This document shows, piece after piece, positions 1-10,017 of a DNA stretch of 64,000 nucleotides. The position numbers were made by a program, and so were the translations under genes. Numbering within the stretch: the stretch's first letter is position 1; every line of letters starts with the position of its first letter. Origin of the DNA: a virus (lineage: Duplodnaviria; Caudoviricetes); IMG/VR virus record IMGVR_UViG_3300021387_000796, positions 64,001 through 128,000 of that record. One strand, 5' to 3'. The notes under the pieces were generated by a model that was not told the origin of the DNA, did not search any database, and saw nothing but the letters and a program-made list of their open reading frames with translations.

Positions 1-279
1 GTTCTGTAGATATGCAGATATTAATCCATATGCCATTGATAATCGTGGTTTTACTGCCGATGAACTTATGAAAGGGAGAACTAGAAGTAATAATTATATG
101 TAATTTTGGGAGAGATTCTTAATGAAAGAAGAAAGAATTTTAAAATTAGATGTTGAAGATATTATTAAAATATTGGCTGAACATTTTGATGTTGATGAAA
201 GTGATATAATATTAAAATTATATCATGATACGAATGATTTCGGTGACATTGATGAAGGAATTTTGTGTGAAATAAGGGT

Positions 280-603
280 GTGATTATGGAACAAAAATCT
301 TTTAAACTTGCAGAATCATTAAGAAAAGTAGCAGATTTATTAATGAAAGAAGATTATTTTAATAATCTAGAAGAAACAATTAAAACAAAGAATATCCTTA
401 TTAAAGAACTTTTGAAAGTAATTGTTATGGCTTATAATAGAAATCGAGAATTTTGTGAAGTTTATTCTTTAGGAAGTGTAGAAGATGTAAAAGCATATAT
501 CGATAGTGCTATATTACACTATGGCGAATGTTTGAAGATAAAAGGATATGAAGATATTAATGGTGTAGTTGAAACATTGTATAAAGATTTTGTAGGAGAT
601 TAA
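280..603 (+). CDS. hypothetical protein
   Basis: ORF in a co-directional gene run; no recognisable motif. Confidence 0.6.
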   Translation: MIMEQKSFKLAESLRKVADLLMKEDYFNNLEETIKTKNILIKELLKVIVMAYNRNREFCEVYSLGSVEDVKAYIDSAILHYGECLKIKGYEDINGVVETLYKDFVGD

Positions 604-606
604 TTT

Positions 607-1020
607 ATGGAATACGACTATTGTCCTTGCAGTTATCCGATAGTTGAATTTAAATGCAAAAATGTAACAGATTTAACAAAATTGTATTCCTTGAATGAAT
701 ATCAAAAATCTTTTCATACACGTATTACATTTAATGTTGAATTGATTGATACTTTTAATATTAAAATTAATTATTGTATTCCGTCTGATGTTGCTTGGAT
801 TATGAATTTTGATTTGAATAGTTTTAATGAAGAAATAAATGAAGCGTTATTGGGAAAACTAGCAGATTGTATAACTACACATTTAATTGTAATGCAGATT
901 ATAATGGAAAAATTTAATTCCCATTTGATTGGTATTTGCTTGAATAAAGATGTGGAAGATATTATGATAAAACGAATAGAAAAGAAGAACGAGGTTGAGA
1001 TATATGAAAGAAGAAAGTAG
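607..1020 (+). CDS. hypothetical protein
   Basis: ORF with GGAG RBS upstream. Confidence 0.65.
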   Translation: MEYDYCPCSYPIVEFKCKNVTDLTKLYSLNEYQKSFHTRITFNVELIDTFNIKINYCIPSDVAWIMNFDLNSFNEEINEALLGKLADCITTHLIVMQIIMEKFNSHLIGICLNKDVEDIMIKRIEKKNEVEIYERRK

Positions 1021-1357
1021 AAAAATACTTGATGAATTGATAAGAGAACATTCTTGTAGATACGCAAGACTTGAAGGTTTAAGTAATGAAGAATATGAAT
1101 CAATAGACAAAAGTAATAATCACGAAGATAAAATTGAGAATTTTTTAAAATCGATTCCACAAATAGAATCTCGTTTATGTTTGGGTGGATATATTCAAGA
1201 TGAAAACGGAACACCTTGTTGTCATGGTGATAAAATTATTTATGATGAGAATTACGAAGGTATTTTAGAGTGGGATAAAAAGAACGCAAGATTTATAATC
1301 GCTAGTATTTATGGTGATTATGATTTTACAAAAATTAAATCTTTCGTAAAAATATAA
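995..1357 (+). CDS. YopX-like phage protein (start probably 1004)
   Basis: GYIQDENGTPCCHGDKI resembles the YopX GLKDKNGxEIYEGDI motif. Confidence 0.45.
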   Translation: MRYMKEESRKILDELIREHSCRYARLEGLSNEEYESIDKSNNHEDKIENFLKSIPQIESRLCLGGYIQDENGTPCCHGDKIIYDENYEGILEWDKKNARFIIASIYGDYDFTKIKSFVKI

Positions 1358-1366
1358 TAAATAAAC

Positions 1367-1395
1367 TTGACGAATTGAGATAAAAATTATATTAT
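1367..1395 (+). promoter_or_regulatory. sigma70-type promoter
   Basis: TTGACG-N17-TATTAT upstream of the SbcC-like gene. Confidence 0.65.
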
Positions 1396-1413
1396 ATTTT
1401 CTAGGAGAATAAT

Positions 1414-3648
1414 ATGCTTAAACTTATAAAACTTTCATTAAAAGGATTCGGTTGTTTTAAAGATGAAAAGATTTTCGAGTACGAGGATGGAATCAATGTA
1501 ATCCGTGCAGAGAACGGAAGTGGTAAAACTACGCAGATAAACGCAATTTCAATTCTTTTATTGTCTGAATATGAAGGTGGATTCGCAGACTATATGAATA
1601 GAGAATGCAATGAGTTTACAATCTCTTTGGAATTTATGCTTAACGGCAAACATCTTTTGGAAACATTAACTTGTAAAAAAGGAAAGAGTTATACTACAAC
1701 TAGAAACCTTAAAGATATTGATGGAAATGATGTTGCTAATGGCGAAGGTGTAAAAGAATGGCTTAATGAAAATGGAAATTTACCTGTTGCTACTTCTAAA
1801 TATGCCCTTTTTGTAAGACAGAATTCCGATATGGATATTATTCATTGCTCAGATAGTGAAAGACGAGATTTGTTCAAAAAAATTCAAGACCTCGACTATA
1901 CAAAAGAAATCAAGACTCTCATTGAACCAAAGATTGAACAGACTAAAGAGAAAATTATTGAAAATGACAAAGAAATTTTCGCATTAGAAAATAAAGTTTA
2001 TACTACAAAAGATTTTGTCGAACTTCCATTTACTGAAGATGAATACAAATTGAAGAAATCACAGATGGATAAACTTATTGCTGAAAAATCTTTGATTGAA
2101 GAAAAGAATAATCAGTTGAGTGATTTGAGAGAAAGAAAAAATAAACTTGAGTCAGAAATCAACTCCATTAAAGTTTCATCAGATTCAAAGAAGTCAAAAA
2201 TCGATGAATTGAAGTCGTTTGATTTTGATACTGAAAAAGAAAAGATTGAAAAAGAATTTGCCAATAAGAAACTTGAATCTGAAAATAAAATCAAGTCATT
2301 GGAAGAACAGAGAGAAAATCTTGATAAAGATATAAATGAAAAATCTCTTAATCTTGAATGTGAAATTAAAAAGATTGAAGATGAAGGGAATGAACTTGTA
2401 AAAGAAATTGATTCTATTCGTTTGATGAAGTTGATTAAGTTTGATGAATCTTCTCTTGTAAATGCTAGAAATACTTTATCTGAACTTAAAACAAAACATT
2501 CAATTTCAATGTCTAATGCAGAAAAATTAAAAAATGGTGTATGTCCCGTATGTGGTGGCTCATGTACAGATAAACACGCTCAATTTGAATCCGAAGCAAA
2601 AGAATTGGATAAACAGATTGCTGAATCTGAAAACACAATCAGCGACCTTTTGCAGAAGAAAGCGGACATTGAAGAGAAATCAAAAAAGAATGAAGAACTG
2701 AAAGAAAGAAAAAACAATCTTTCAAATGAACTTGTGAAGAAACAGTCTTTGATTGAAAACAAGCGGATGGAACAGAAATCTTTGAATTCTTCTCTCATGG
2801 AAAAGAAGCAAAATTATTCTAATCAGATTGAGAGTGAAAAGAGAATTCTTGAATCTATCGATTCTGAAAAAACTTCAAGATTAAATTCTATAAAAGAAAA
2901 AGCAGATTTATATGAATCACAGACCACCATTTTGGAAAAAGAAATTGAAGATTTGAAAATTCAGCATGATTCAAAGTTTAAGGAATTTGAGGAACTTTCC
3001 AAGAAAATTGAATCTTTCTCCGTAGGAACTTTTGATGAAAACAAAATTGTTGAAATTGAAACTGAACTTAAAAAATATGATTCTGTTGTTGCTGAAAATA
3101 AAGTTGTAAAGGAATATAACGAGCAACTTGAAGAAACAAAGAAAGCAGATAAGAAAGAACTTGAAAAGTTTAAGGAAAGGAAACAAAAGTTTGAGAAAGA
3201 AAAGTTTGATTTGGAAAACAGTAAGAAGATTCTCACAACTGATTATCCGTCTTGGGCAATATTGCAGAATTTGAAGAATATTGAAAATGATATAAATGAA
3301 TTTATCGACCAAGTTTATTATAAACCATTGAATATTAAGTTTGATATGACTCGTAGCGGAATTTCAATGAGATTTGGGGATGATATTAAAGTTGAACGCT
3401 TGAGTGGTGCGGAAAAGGCTATCACAAACATCGGATTCTGTGAGAGTTTTAATAAGAATTTGAATTTGAATATGATTTTGCTTGATGAGCCTGACGCTCC
3501 GTTGAGTGCGACTAGAAAAGAAATGTTTTACTCATCTTTGTTGGAAATGAAAGATGTATTTGAACAGATGATTGTCGTAACTCATTCGAAAGATATGGTT
3601 GCCTATATTCAAGCGAATGATACAGACTGTAATATAATTACTTTATAG
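1414..3648 (+). CDS. sbcC: SbcC/Rad50/gp46-like recombination ATPase
   Basis: Walker A AENGSGKT, long coiled coils, zinc hook CPVCG, signature LSGAEK, Walker B ILLDEPD, H-loop VVTH. Confidence 0.92.
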   Translation: MLKLIKLSLKGFGCFKDEKIFEYEDGINVIRAENGSGKTTQINAISILLLSEYEGGFADYMNRECNEFTISLEFMLNGKHLLETLTCKKGKSYTTTRNLKDIDGNDVANGEGVKEWLNENGNLPVATSKYALFVRQNSDMDIIHCSDSERRDLFKKIQDLDYTKEIKTLIEPKIEQTKEKIIENDKEIFALENKVYTTKDFVELPFTEDEYKLKKSQMDKLIAEKSLIEEKNNQLSDLRERKNKLESEINSIKVSSDSKKSKIDELKSFDFDTEKEKIEKEFANKKLESENKIKSLEEQRENLDKDINEKSLNLECEIKKIEDEGNELVKEIDSIRLMKLIKFDESSLVNARNTLSELKTKHSISMSNAEKLKNGVCPVCGGSCTDKHAQFESEAKELDKQIAESENTISDLLQKKADIEEKSKKNEELKERKNNLSNELVKKQSLIENKRMEQKSLNSSLMEKKQNYSNQIESEKRILESIDSEKTSRLNSIKEKADLYESQTTILEKEIEDLKIQHDSKFKEFEELSKKIESFSVGTFDENKIVEIETELKKYDSVVAENKVVKEYNEQLEETKKADKKELEKFKERKQKFEKEKFDLENSKKILTTDYPSWAILQNLKNIENDINEFIDQVYYKPLNIKFDMTRSGISMRFGDDIKVERLSGAEKAITNIGFCESFNKNLNLNMILLDEPDAPLSATRKEMFYSSLLEMKDVFEQMIVVTHSKDMVAYIQANDTDCNIITL

Positions 3649-3657
3649 GAGAAACGA

Positions 3658-3993
3658 ATGAGAGATAAAATTTCAGTTAAAAATTATTTGGAATATTTGG
3701 ATACAAGATATCCTATTTTTTCAGATATGAGAATGGAAGATGAATTTAGATTTTTCACATGTTTAATCAGAAAGATTATAGATTCGACTTCTGAAATATC
3801 CAAAGATGATAAAATTTTCGTTTATAAATATTTTGATGTTATCAGTAATGAATTTTGGAATAACTTGCAAGAAGAAAAATGTCCACCAAAACCAAAATAT
3901 TCTGCCGAACACGCTTTTGATGTAATCAGAACTTTGAATTGTTCTTTGGAAGATAAATTGAAAATTGCTGAGTTGTTTGAATATTCAGAATAA
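3658..3993 (+). CDS. hypothetical protein
   Basis: ORF with AGGAG RBS. Confidence 0.65.
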   Translation: MRDKISVKNYLEYLDTRYPIFSDMRMEDEFRFFTCLIRKIIDSTSEISKDDKIFVYKYFDVISNEFWNNLQEEKCPPKPKYSAEHAFDVIRTLNCSLEDKLKIAELFEYSE

Positions 3994-4062
3994 TTAAAGT
4001 AAATGTACACACAATTGTATTTTGTGTGTATAATCACTTAGGAAGAATATTGAGGATATTAA

Positions 4063-4569
4063 ATGAAAGTAACTGCATGGACGAATGAAGAATATGCTAG
4101 GAAACATTACATAGACCCTTTTGACGAACGTTTAAATTTAATGAATCCTAATAAGAAAATGATAATGCCAAACGAATTAAAAACTTTGGCAAAAGAAAAT
4201 AATTTATCATGTGATGAAATGTTTGAAAAATGGAAAACTGAAACTGAATATGATAAAATTCCTATGTGGTTAGATGAAGATAAAGTAAAAGAATATAATA
4301 GTCTTTTATCAGAAATGGAAACTTGCATAATAGAACATTGTAAAGAAAAAGGAATCAGATTTTCTGCCGATTATCATCAATATGGTGATTATGGTGTACC
4401 AATTATCGATTATAAATATATGTATTATACTTTTGCTAGAACGTGGGGTTGGATTATGGCAATGGCTGACAATGATAAATCAGATAATGGATATTTGAAA
4501 TACTATCTTCATGGAAACGAACATCCTATCAAATATCCAAACGAAGTAAATGGAGAAATTTGTATATGA
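4063..4569 (+). CDS. hypothetical protein
   Basis: ORF with GAGG RBS. Confidence 0.65.
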   Translation: MKVTAWTNEEYARKHYIDPFDERLNLMNPNKKMIMPNELKTLAKENNLSCDEMFEKWKTETEYDKIPMWLDEDKVKEYNSLLSEMETCIIEHCKEKGIRFSADYHQYGDYGVPIIDYKYMYYTFARTWGWIMAMADNDKSDNGYLKYYLHGNEHPIKYPNEVNGEICI

Positions 4570-4732
4570 GTGATTTCTATATATTTCTTGAAGAAGATAA
4601 AGGTCTAAATAAAAATCAAATAGAAAGTTTATCAGATGAAGAATTAAATAAATATTATAAAGAATATGAAAAAAATATAGAATCTGAAAGAAAAGACTTG
4701 ATAGATGAAGAATAAATTGCAATAATGTAATT

Positions 4733-5227
4733 ATGAAATTTGCTTTAATTTTAGTTTGTATTTATGAATATCTCATGTATTGCTATAATCCAATCAATCG
4801 ATTATTTTTTGAACCGTTATCTATAAAATTCGAAAATGTAAATGAAAAAAAGACAAGGAAAAAAATGGTTGTCGCCGTTGATTTTGATGGCACTATTGCT
4901 AAAACGAATTTTCCGAAAATTATAAAACCGATTCCTCATGCGTTCGATGTTCTTCGAGTTCTTATGAATGACCCATACACAACTTTAATTCTATGGACAT
5001 GTAGAGAAGGTGAAACTCTTAAACAAGCGTTAGATTTTTGTGAATTGTATGGGATAAAATTTGATTATGTGAATGAAAACGATAAAGCACAAACAGAATA
5101 CTACGGTAATGATTCGAGAAAAATCGGAGCGGACTTGTATATAGATGATAAATTTGCTCAAAGTAATATAGAAAAATTATGGAAAGATTGGTGGGATTGG
5201 ATGAAGAAAAACGAATTCCTCAAATGA
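4733..5227 (+). CDS. HAD-superfamily phosphatase (true start may be further downstream)
   Basis: Motif I VAVDFDGT, motif II LILWTCR, motif III/IV RKIGADLYIDDK. Confidence 0.85.
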   Translation: MKFALILVCIYEYLMYCYNPINRLFFEPLSIKFENVNEKKTRKKMVVAVDFDGTIAKTNFPKIIKPIPHAFDVLRVLMNDPYTTLILWTCREGETLKQALDFCELYGIKFDYVNENDKAQTEYYGNDSRKIGADLYIDDKFAQSNIEKLWKDWWDWMKKNEFLK

Positions 5228-5236
5228 CAATTTTCC

Positions 5237-5265
5237 TTGACATTAAGAAAGAATAATGATATTAT
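5237..5265 (+). promoter_or_regulatory. sigma70-type promoter with extended -10
   Basis: TTGACA-N17-TATTAT with TG; preceded by AATTTTCC as at several other promoters. Confidence 0.75.
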
Positions 5266-5454
5266 ATTTCCATACGGAGGTATAATATGAAGAATTATGA
5301 AAATCGAAATGTAATCCATAAAAATTTCGGAAAAGGTAGAGTAATTTCATCTTATGAAAGTGATAATGGAAAAACTGTACTTGTAATCAAATTTGACGCT
5401 CTTGATTCAGAGCGTTCGATTTATGCTAATTTTCATGGTATGCGTGTATTCTAA

Positions 5455-5733
5455 ATGCTAAAATTGGAGTTGTGTATGAGTGTGACTAAAATTGTTTATA
5501 ATTTTTTGGACAATCTGCAAGATGGTTTTATCATAAGTGGATGGACGCTGACAAATGAAATCAATTCTCGAAGTGGTAGAAACACATATCCAAGTACATT
5601 GCTAGGGTATTGTAGAGAATATTGTGATATTGTTGGTGGCGATTGGGAATGTTTGGACAATCAAAAATCCATTTATAAATTTCATAAAGGTGCGGTTATT
5701 TTAGGTGATTGTGTCTTAGACGGAAAAGAATGA
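5455..5733 (+). CDS. hypothetical protein
   Basis: ORF; GGAG RBS suggests a start near 5476. Confidence 0.55.
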   Translation: MLKLELCMSVTKIVYNFLDNLQDGFIISGWTLTNEINSRSGRNTYPSTLLGYCREYCDIVGGDWECLDNQKSIYKFHKGAVILGDCVLDGKE

Positions 5734-5948
5734 TAAAATACAATGATTGGTACTAAGGAGAAATAAAAAATGACAAAGTATGATGAATATATAAACAAAT
5801 CAAACGAATGTATCAAAAGATATAAAAAATACACAAACGATAATAAAGATGTTCACTTAGCAATGTTTTATAACAATGCGTCAATTGGCTTTAAAAGAAA
5901 AGCGGTAAATTCGTTGATTAATGCCGATAAAAATAACTAATGTTTTTA

Positions 5949-6407
5949 TCAAAGGGTTCTGAACATTTCTTGTAAGTCTTTAATTAATGTTTTAGGATTA
6001 CCGTTCCAATCTACATATTTTAAGATGATATTGTGTTTGGAACAGTAATCTTTTTTCATGTTATCTCGCTCTAGTCCTTCCTCAAAGTTTTGTTGAATTT
6101 CTTGTTCTGTCAAATGACCACCAAAATTGGTGGGTTTATAATGTTGTTCACCTTGGACTTCAAGAAGAAACCAAAAATCTTTGAAAAATATTTGGAAATC
6201 AAAGCGCAAAGGAAATTCTTTATTTTTATAATATAAATCAGAAAAAGATTTTTGTTCCTTGAATGCGAGGTTGTGTTTTCTCAAAAAATCTCTTGTAATC
6301 TGTTCACCTTTCGAACCTCGTTTTTTCTTAGACCTCCAAATAGCCAATTTGGATTCCATAGTATGAGAATGATTCTGCATTTTATTCACGTAATTTTGTA
6401 AACTCAT
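5949..6407 (-). CDS. PD-(D/E)XK / Vsr-like endonuclease
   Basis: SKGE...FKEQKSF...LRFDF...LEVQGEQHY...RDNMKKDYC pattern. Confidence 0.75.
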   Translation of the reverse strand: MSLQNYVNKMQNHSHTMESKLAIWRSKKKRGSKGEQITRDFLRKHNLAFKEQKSFSDLYYKNKEFPLRFDFQIFFKDFWFLLEVQGEQHYKPTNFGGHLTEQEIQQNFEEGLERDNMKKDYCSKHNIILKYVDWNGNPKTLIKDLQEMFRTL

Positions 6408-6441
6408 ATAACAAAATAGTTGAATTATTTGATAATTTTAC

Positions 6442-6470
6442 TTGACAAATTATTTTATATGTTGTATATT
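6442..6470 (+). promoter_or_regulatory. sigma70-type promoter
   Basis: TTGACA-N17-TATATT. Confidence 0.65.
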
Positions 6471-6867
6471 ATGAGAGTAAGGAGATTGATGTTCATGATT
6501 AAAACATTAAAACTTTATAAAACAGATTGTGTTGTTTGTTCTCCACATGGTCGTAGAATTGTATACTATGAACCTACAACCGATACTACTTATATTAAAG
6601 TTCGAAATGATATTTGGTCACAATATGATTGTGGTAAATGTTGGAATTTTATAAAAGAAACCGACATTATTATAACACTTGGATATTGAGGAGGTAGAAT
6701 ATGGGTATTATGCATGTGTACACTTATTTGATTAAAACGAAAGATGATGAGTTTGTAGAGACTGTCAGACGAGAGTTCTGTTCAGACGCAGATGATTTCA
6801 TCGCAAAAAAATATCCTGATGCTGATATCGAGTGTATTGAGTATGAGGATGATGATTGGTAATCAAA

Positions 6868-6899
6868 AAAAACCGCTTAATTAATTTTGAGCGGTTTTT
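6868..6899 (+). terminator. intrinsic terminator
   Basis: AAAAACCGCTTAA...TTGAGCGGTTTTT hairpin plus T tract. Confidence 0.75.
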
Positions 6900-6938
6900 C
6901 TGTAACTATATATTTATCATATTATAGGAGAATAATTT

Positions 6939-7601
6939 ATGGTTGTTGATTATGATTTATTTGCTGAACTTGCTAAAGAATACGAATATCAATATAAAGT
7001 TGAAGATTTATATGGTGATATGATTGCTAATAAACTTTCAGAAGAATTTGGAATTTATATTGGATTCGATAATAAATATTTTACTTGTAGTTCTATCGGA
7101 TTTAAAGTTTATTTCAGAGATGTAAAAGACTTTAAACAGTTGCATGATATGATTGCAGATAAAATTGGTAATGGTGCGGATGACGCTAAACTGAATGATA
7201 AATTCCATTACTTTTTTAGTAATGTTTCGGTAGAATCAAAAATTGGTGAATTTCATAATTACGACCGTTATTCATTTAATTCCATGTCGTTCTTTGATTT
7301 GCTTTGGTATTTGAAAACAGACGAATTTATTCGTGACGGTTCAATTGGTCACAAACTTATGGATGTTGCACAAGATTACGCAGACAAATATCCAACAGAT
7401 AATGCAACATATTTCTATCCAAGAAGTGGATTGCAGTATCAGGTTCGTTATGGTGAATGGATTGATATGACAACCGTTGACCCTAAATTCAGTGGTTGGC
7501 AAATCAAGTTCTTCCAAAACGGTAAAGTACAGATGAAAGGTTTGTCTGTAGAAGATTGGGATAAAATTGTTCACCTTGATGAAATTTGTTCAAGAAAATA
7601 A
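6939..7601 (+). CDS. hypothetical protein
   Basis: GGAG RBS; TAACTAT motif at 6903. Confidence 0.7.
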   Translation: MVVDYDLFAELAKEYEYQYKVEDLYGDMIANKLSEEFGIYIGFDNKYFTCSSIGFKVYFRDVKDFKQLHDMIADKIGNGADDAKLNDKFHYFFSNVSVESKIGEFHNYDRYSFNSMSFFDLLWYLKTDEFIRDGSIGHKLMDVAQDYADKYPTDNATYFYPRSGLQYQVRYGEWIDMTTVDPKFSGWQIKFFQNGKVQMKGLSVEDWDKIVHLDEICSRK

Positions 7602-7726
7602 ATAGATGTGTGTTATTTTTCATATCGAAGTTGTATGTCATTTCGATATGAAAATGCTCGGATTTAAGTTCCAAGCATTTTTAATCCCCTAAGTTAATTC
7701 CTAGAGATATTTATTTTCTTTAGGGA

Positions 7727-8230
7727 TTAAATATTTATTTTCTTCAATTTACCGTTCATTCTATGATATACGTTTTGATTTGAACTACCTCGTAATTTCA
7801 AAGTTGTATCTCTTTTAGATTCATCATATAAGCCGTCAATAAAATAATCAATTTTACTCAATATATTTTTTATTCTTAAATCTTTCGATTTCTTTAATTC
7901 TTTGTATATAAATCCACTCCATAAATAAATTATAGTATTGGGAGATTTGTTTTTAATAAAATCAATTAAATCGGATACAATTTGTCTATTTTGTTCTAAT
8001 AAAGGTTCTCCACCCAAAATAGATAATCCCCTATTTATCTCATTTTTATGAAGTAATTCGAGAATAATTTCTTTATAATCTGAAGGTAATTCTTGTCCAC
8101 CATTTAAATCCCAAGTTTGAGGATTATGACAATGAGGACAATGAAACAAACAACCTTGACACCAAAACGACACATTGATTCCGCTGATGGAATCAACTAT
8201 GTCGTTTTCTATAATTCCTGCAAAACGCAT
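7727..8230 (-). CDS. nrdG: anaerobic ribonucleotide reductase activase (radical SAM)
   Basis: QGCLFHCPHCHNPQTW, LGGEP, IDGLY, LRGSSNQ; ATG at 8230 overlaps the nrdD stop (TAATG). Confidence 0.95.
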   Translation of the reverse strand: MRFAGIIENDIVDSISGINVSFWCQGCLFHCPHCHNPQTWDLNGGQELPSDYKEIILELLHKNEINRGLSILGGEPLLEQNRQIVSDLIDFIKNKSPNTIIYLWSGFIYKELKKSKDLRIKNILSKIDYFIDGLYDESKRDTTLKLRGSSNQNVYHRMNGKLKKINI

Positions 8231-8763
8231 TACTTTTTCACCCAATCGTTTAATTTATTTACATGAACGAATCTATCTTTAACTTCCATTTGCTTGCCTT
8301 TGTTAAAATGTTTGTAGTCTGTTGAAAGATAACCTGTTACACGAGCAAGATGCTCTATTTCGTTTTTATCTGCTCCACATTTAGGGCAAGGTTCTTCAAA
8401 TCCAATATTTTCATCACAACCGCATTTTTTGCAATGAGATAAAGGAAGATTCAATGCAAAATATGGTACATCTTTTTCTTTGGCATACAAAACAATATCT
8501 TCAAGAGCCTTCAAGTTGTTAGATGCGTTATCTCCAATTTCAACATATGTGATACAACCTGCTGATGAATAATTTGTCAATTGAGATTCAATATCAATTT
8601 TTTCAAAAGGAGAAACTTCCTTCCATACAGGAACATGAATAGAATTTGTGAAATATCCTCTAGGTTGAAGTTTTCCATTCTCATCTCTGTATGCAGTTAC
8701 ATTTTCAATGAGACCGTATTTTTTGACAAACTTATCGAATGAATTTTTTGACAATCCTTCTGC
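8230..8763 (-). CDS. nrdD: class III RNR C-terminal fragment (NrdD-b), exon 2
   Basis: AEGLS..., YFTNSIHVPV, Zn ribbon CKKCG..CPKCG, glycyl-radical loop ARVTGYL. Confidence 0.92.
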   Translation of the reverse strand, partial: AEGLSKNSFDKFVKKYGLIENVTAYRDENGKLQPRGYFTNSIHVPVWKEVSPFEKIDIESQLTNYSSAGCITYVEIGDNASNNLKALEDIVLYAKEKDVPYFALNLPLSHCKKCGCDENIGFEEPCPKCGADKNEIEHLARVTGYLSTDYKHFNKGKQMEVKDRFVHVNKLNDWVKK

Positions 8764-9055
8764 CGAAATTCTTTATATTTTCATATAAAGTCAGACTATA
8801 TTTTCATCTTTTATTTCTTTTACCAAAATAAAAGAGCCTCTCATTTCCAACATAAGTTGTACTCTACTCATTTATTCGCCTAAGTTTTTCTCTTAGGTTA
8901 TACTTTCGATAGTCGTTAGAGCCATCCATTTTTAGGACTTCCTACGGGGTTAGCCTGCTTATCAAGTTTAGCCTTTCTTATCAGATTATTACTCTTCGCC
9001 CGTTTAGAGAGGGATTTTCATTTACTGTCACCAGTAAAGCACCCACTTAAAATTT
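8764..9055 (-). ncRNA. ORF-less group I intron (292 nt) in nrdD
   Basis: 5' exon CACCU pairs with intron GGGUG (P1 with U.G); P3 CCUCUC/GAGAGG; P7 GACUAU/AUAGUC; terminal G at 8764; removal restores YYTP|AEG in frame. Confidence 0.92.
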
Positions 9056-9154
9056 AGGTGTATAATAAACTCCAAAATTCAATCGATATGATTTCTTTTC
9101 CTTTAATTCCTCAAGTGCTTTTTCATACACCTCTTTTAATTTTTTTTCATCCAT
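9056..9154 (-). CDS. nrdD: class III RNR C-terminal fragment (NrdD-b), exon 1 (not in ORF track)
   Basis: AGGAGG RBS then ATG 9154: MDEKKLKEVYEKALEELKEKKSYRLNFGVYYTP; LNFGVYYTP is conserved NrdD sequence; spliced product 210 aa. Confidence 0.88.
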
Positions 9155-10007
9155 TTAATATCCTCCTGAAATTTTCTTTTATATTTTCTTTATTGTTATA
9201 CCAATCACTTTCTTTAACTCGAAAAAGATTTATACCTTTTTCTTTACAGATTTTATTTTTTAAATTATCTCTTCTTTTCATGTCAGGAAGAGAGTGCCAA
9301 TAATCCCCATCATATTCGATTGCGATTTTCAAATCGGGAATATAAATATCTAATTCTAATGGGAAAATTTGTTCTCTATCAGAATGAATAGAATTTTCTT
9401 TTAATTGTTTTATGAATAAATAAAGTTCATCCTCACCTTTCGATGTTTTATAATTTTTATTTACCAAAAATCCACAAGTCACATCATATTTTTCTATCAA
9501 AGTTTGTTTTCTTTTATTTATAACATCTATCAAAAACGCAGGATTTTCAACATTATATTTATCCAATAATGATTCTTTTATTTTATTCTTTCCGATTTCA
9601 GAACTAAAAATATTAGTAGAGCCATATTTTTCTAAACAAGTATTTTTCATCTTTTGTTGAATTTCCTCGCATTTGGCTGGATTATCAACTCCATATTTTT
9701 CTAAACAAGTTTGTTTTATTTTATTTCTTAAATCCTTATCATTTTGGGCGCATTTAGAACTACAATATTTTGCAAATTTTCGATGTTTTATTGTATTAAT
9801 TTCTTTTCCACAAATTTTACATTTTGGTTTTTCTGTCAAATCATTCAATAAACAAATTCCCATTTCTTTTAAAGAATAATGTTGAGGAAAATATTTTTTT
9901 AATTCCAAAAGCAAATTTAAATTTTTCTTATTATTTAATATCTTATGCCAACATCTAGGATTATCACAAATAATCTTTAAAATTTTATTTTTTATTTCGA
10001 CATCCAT
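9147..10007 (-). CDS. free-standing homing-type endonuclease inserted in nrdD
   Basis: Cys motif CKICG..YCSSKC, KQTCLEKYGVDNP-type repeats, C-terminal Vsr/PD-(D/E)XK-like SKGE..ELDIYIP..AIEYDGDYWH; GGGAG RBS favours ATG 10007. Confidence 0.8.
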   Translation of the reverse strand: MDVEIKNKILKIICDNPRCWHKILNNKKNLNLLLELKKYFPQHYSLKEMGICLLNDLTEKPKCKICGKEINTIKHRKFAKYCSSKCAQNDKDLRNKIKQTCLEKYGVDNPAKCEEIQQKMKNTCLEKYGSTNIFSSEIGKNKIKESLLDKYNVENPAFLIDVINKRKQTLIEKYDVTCGFLVNKNYKTSKGEDELYLFIKQLKENSIHSDREQIFPLELDIYIPDLKIAIEYDGDYWHSLPDMKRRDNLKNKICKEKGINLFRVKESDWYNNKENIKENFRRILNG

Positions 10008-10017
10008 AATCACTCCC

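Noticed and set aside
7616-7730. Three consecutive hairpins as a tRNA or ncRNA
   Set aside because: No cloverleaf or T-loop; lies between convergent genes, so bidirectional termination is the simpler explanation
8230-8754. ORF-track start (TTG, MSKNS) of the nrdD C-terminal ORF
   Set aside because: Artefact of the intron; the frame continues to 8763 and splices to 9056
9058-9879. Plus-strand ORFs 9058..9303 and 9673..9879, and similar antisense or alternate-frame ORFs throughout the window
   Set aside because: Shadow ORFs of real genes; no RBS and F/L/S/I-biased composition
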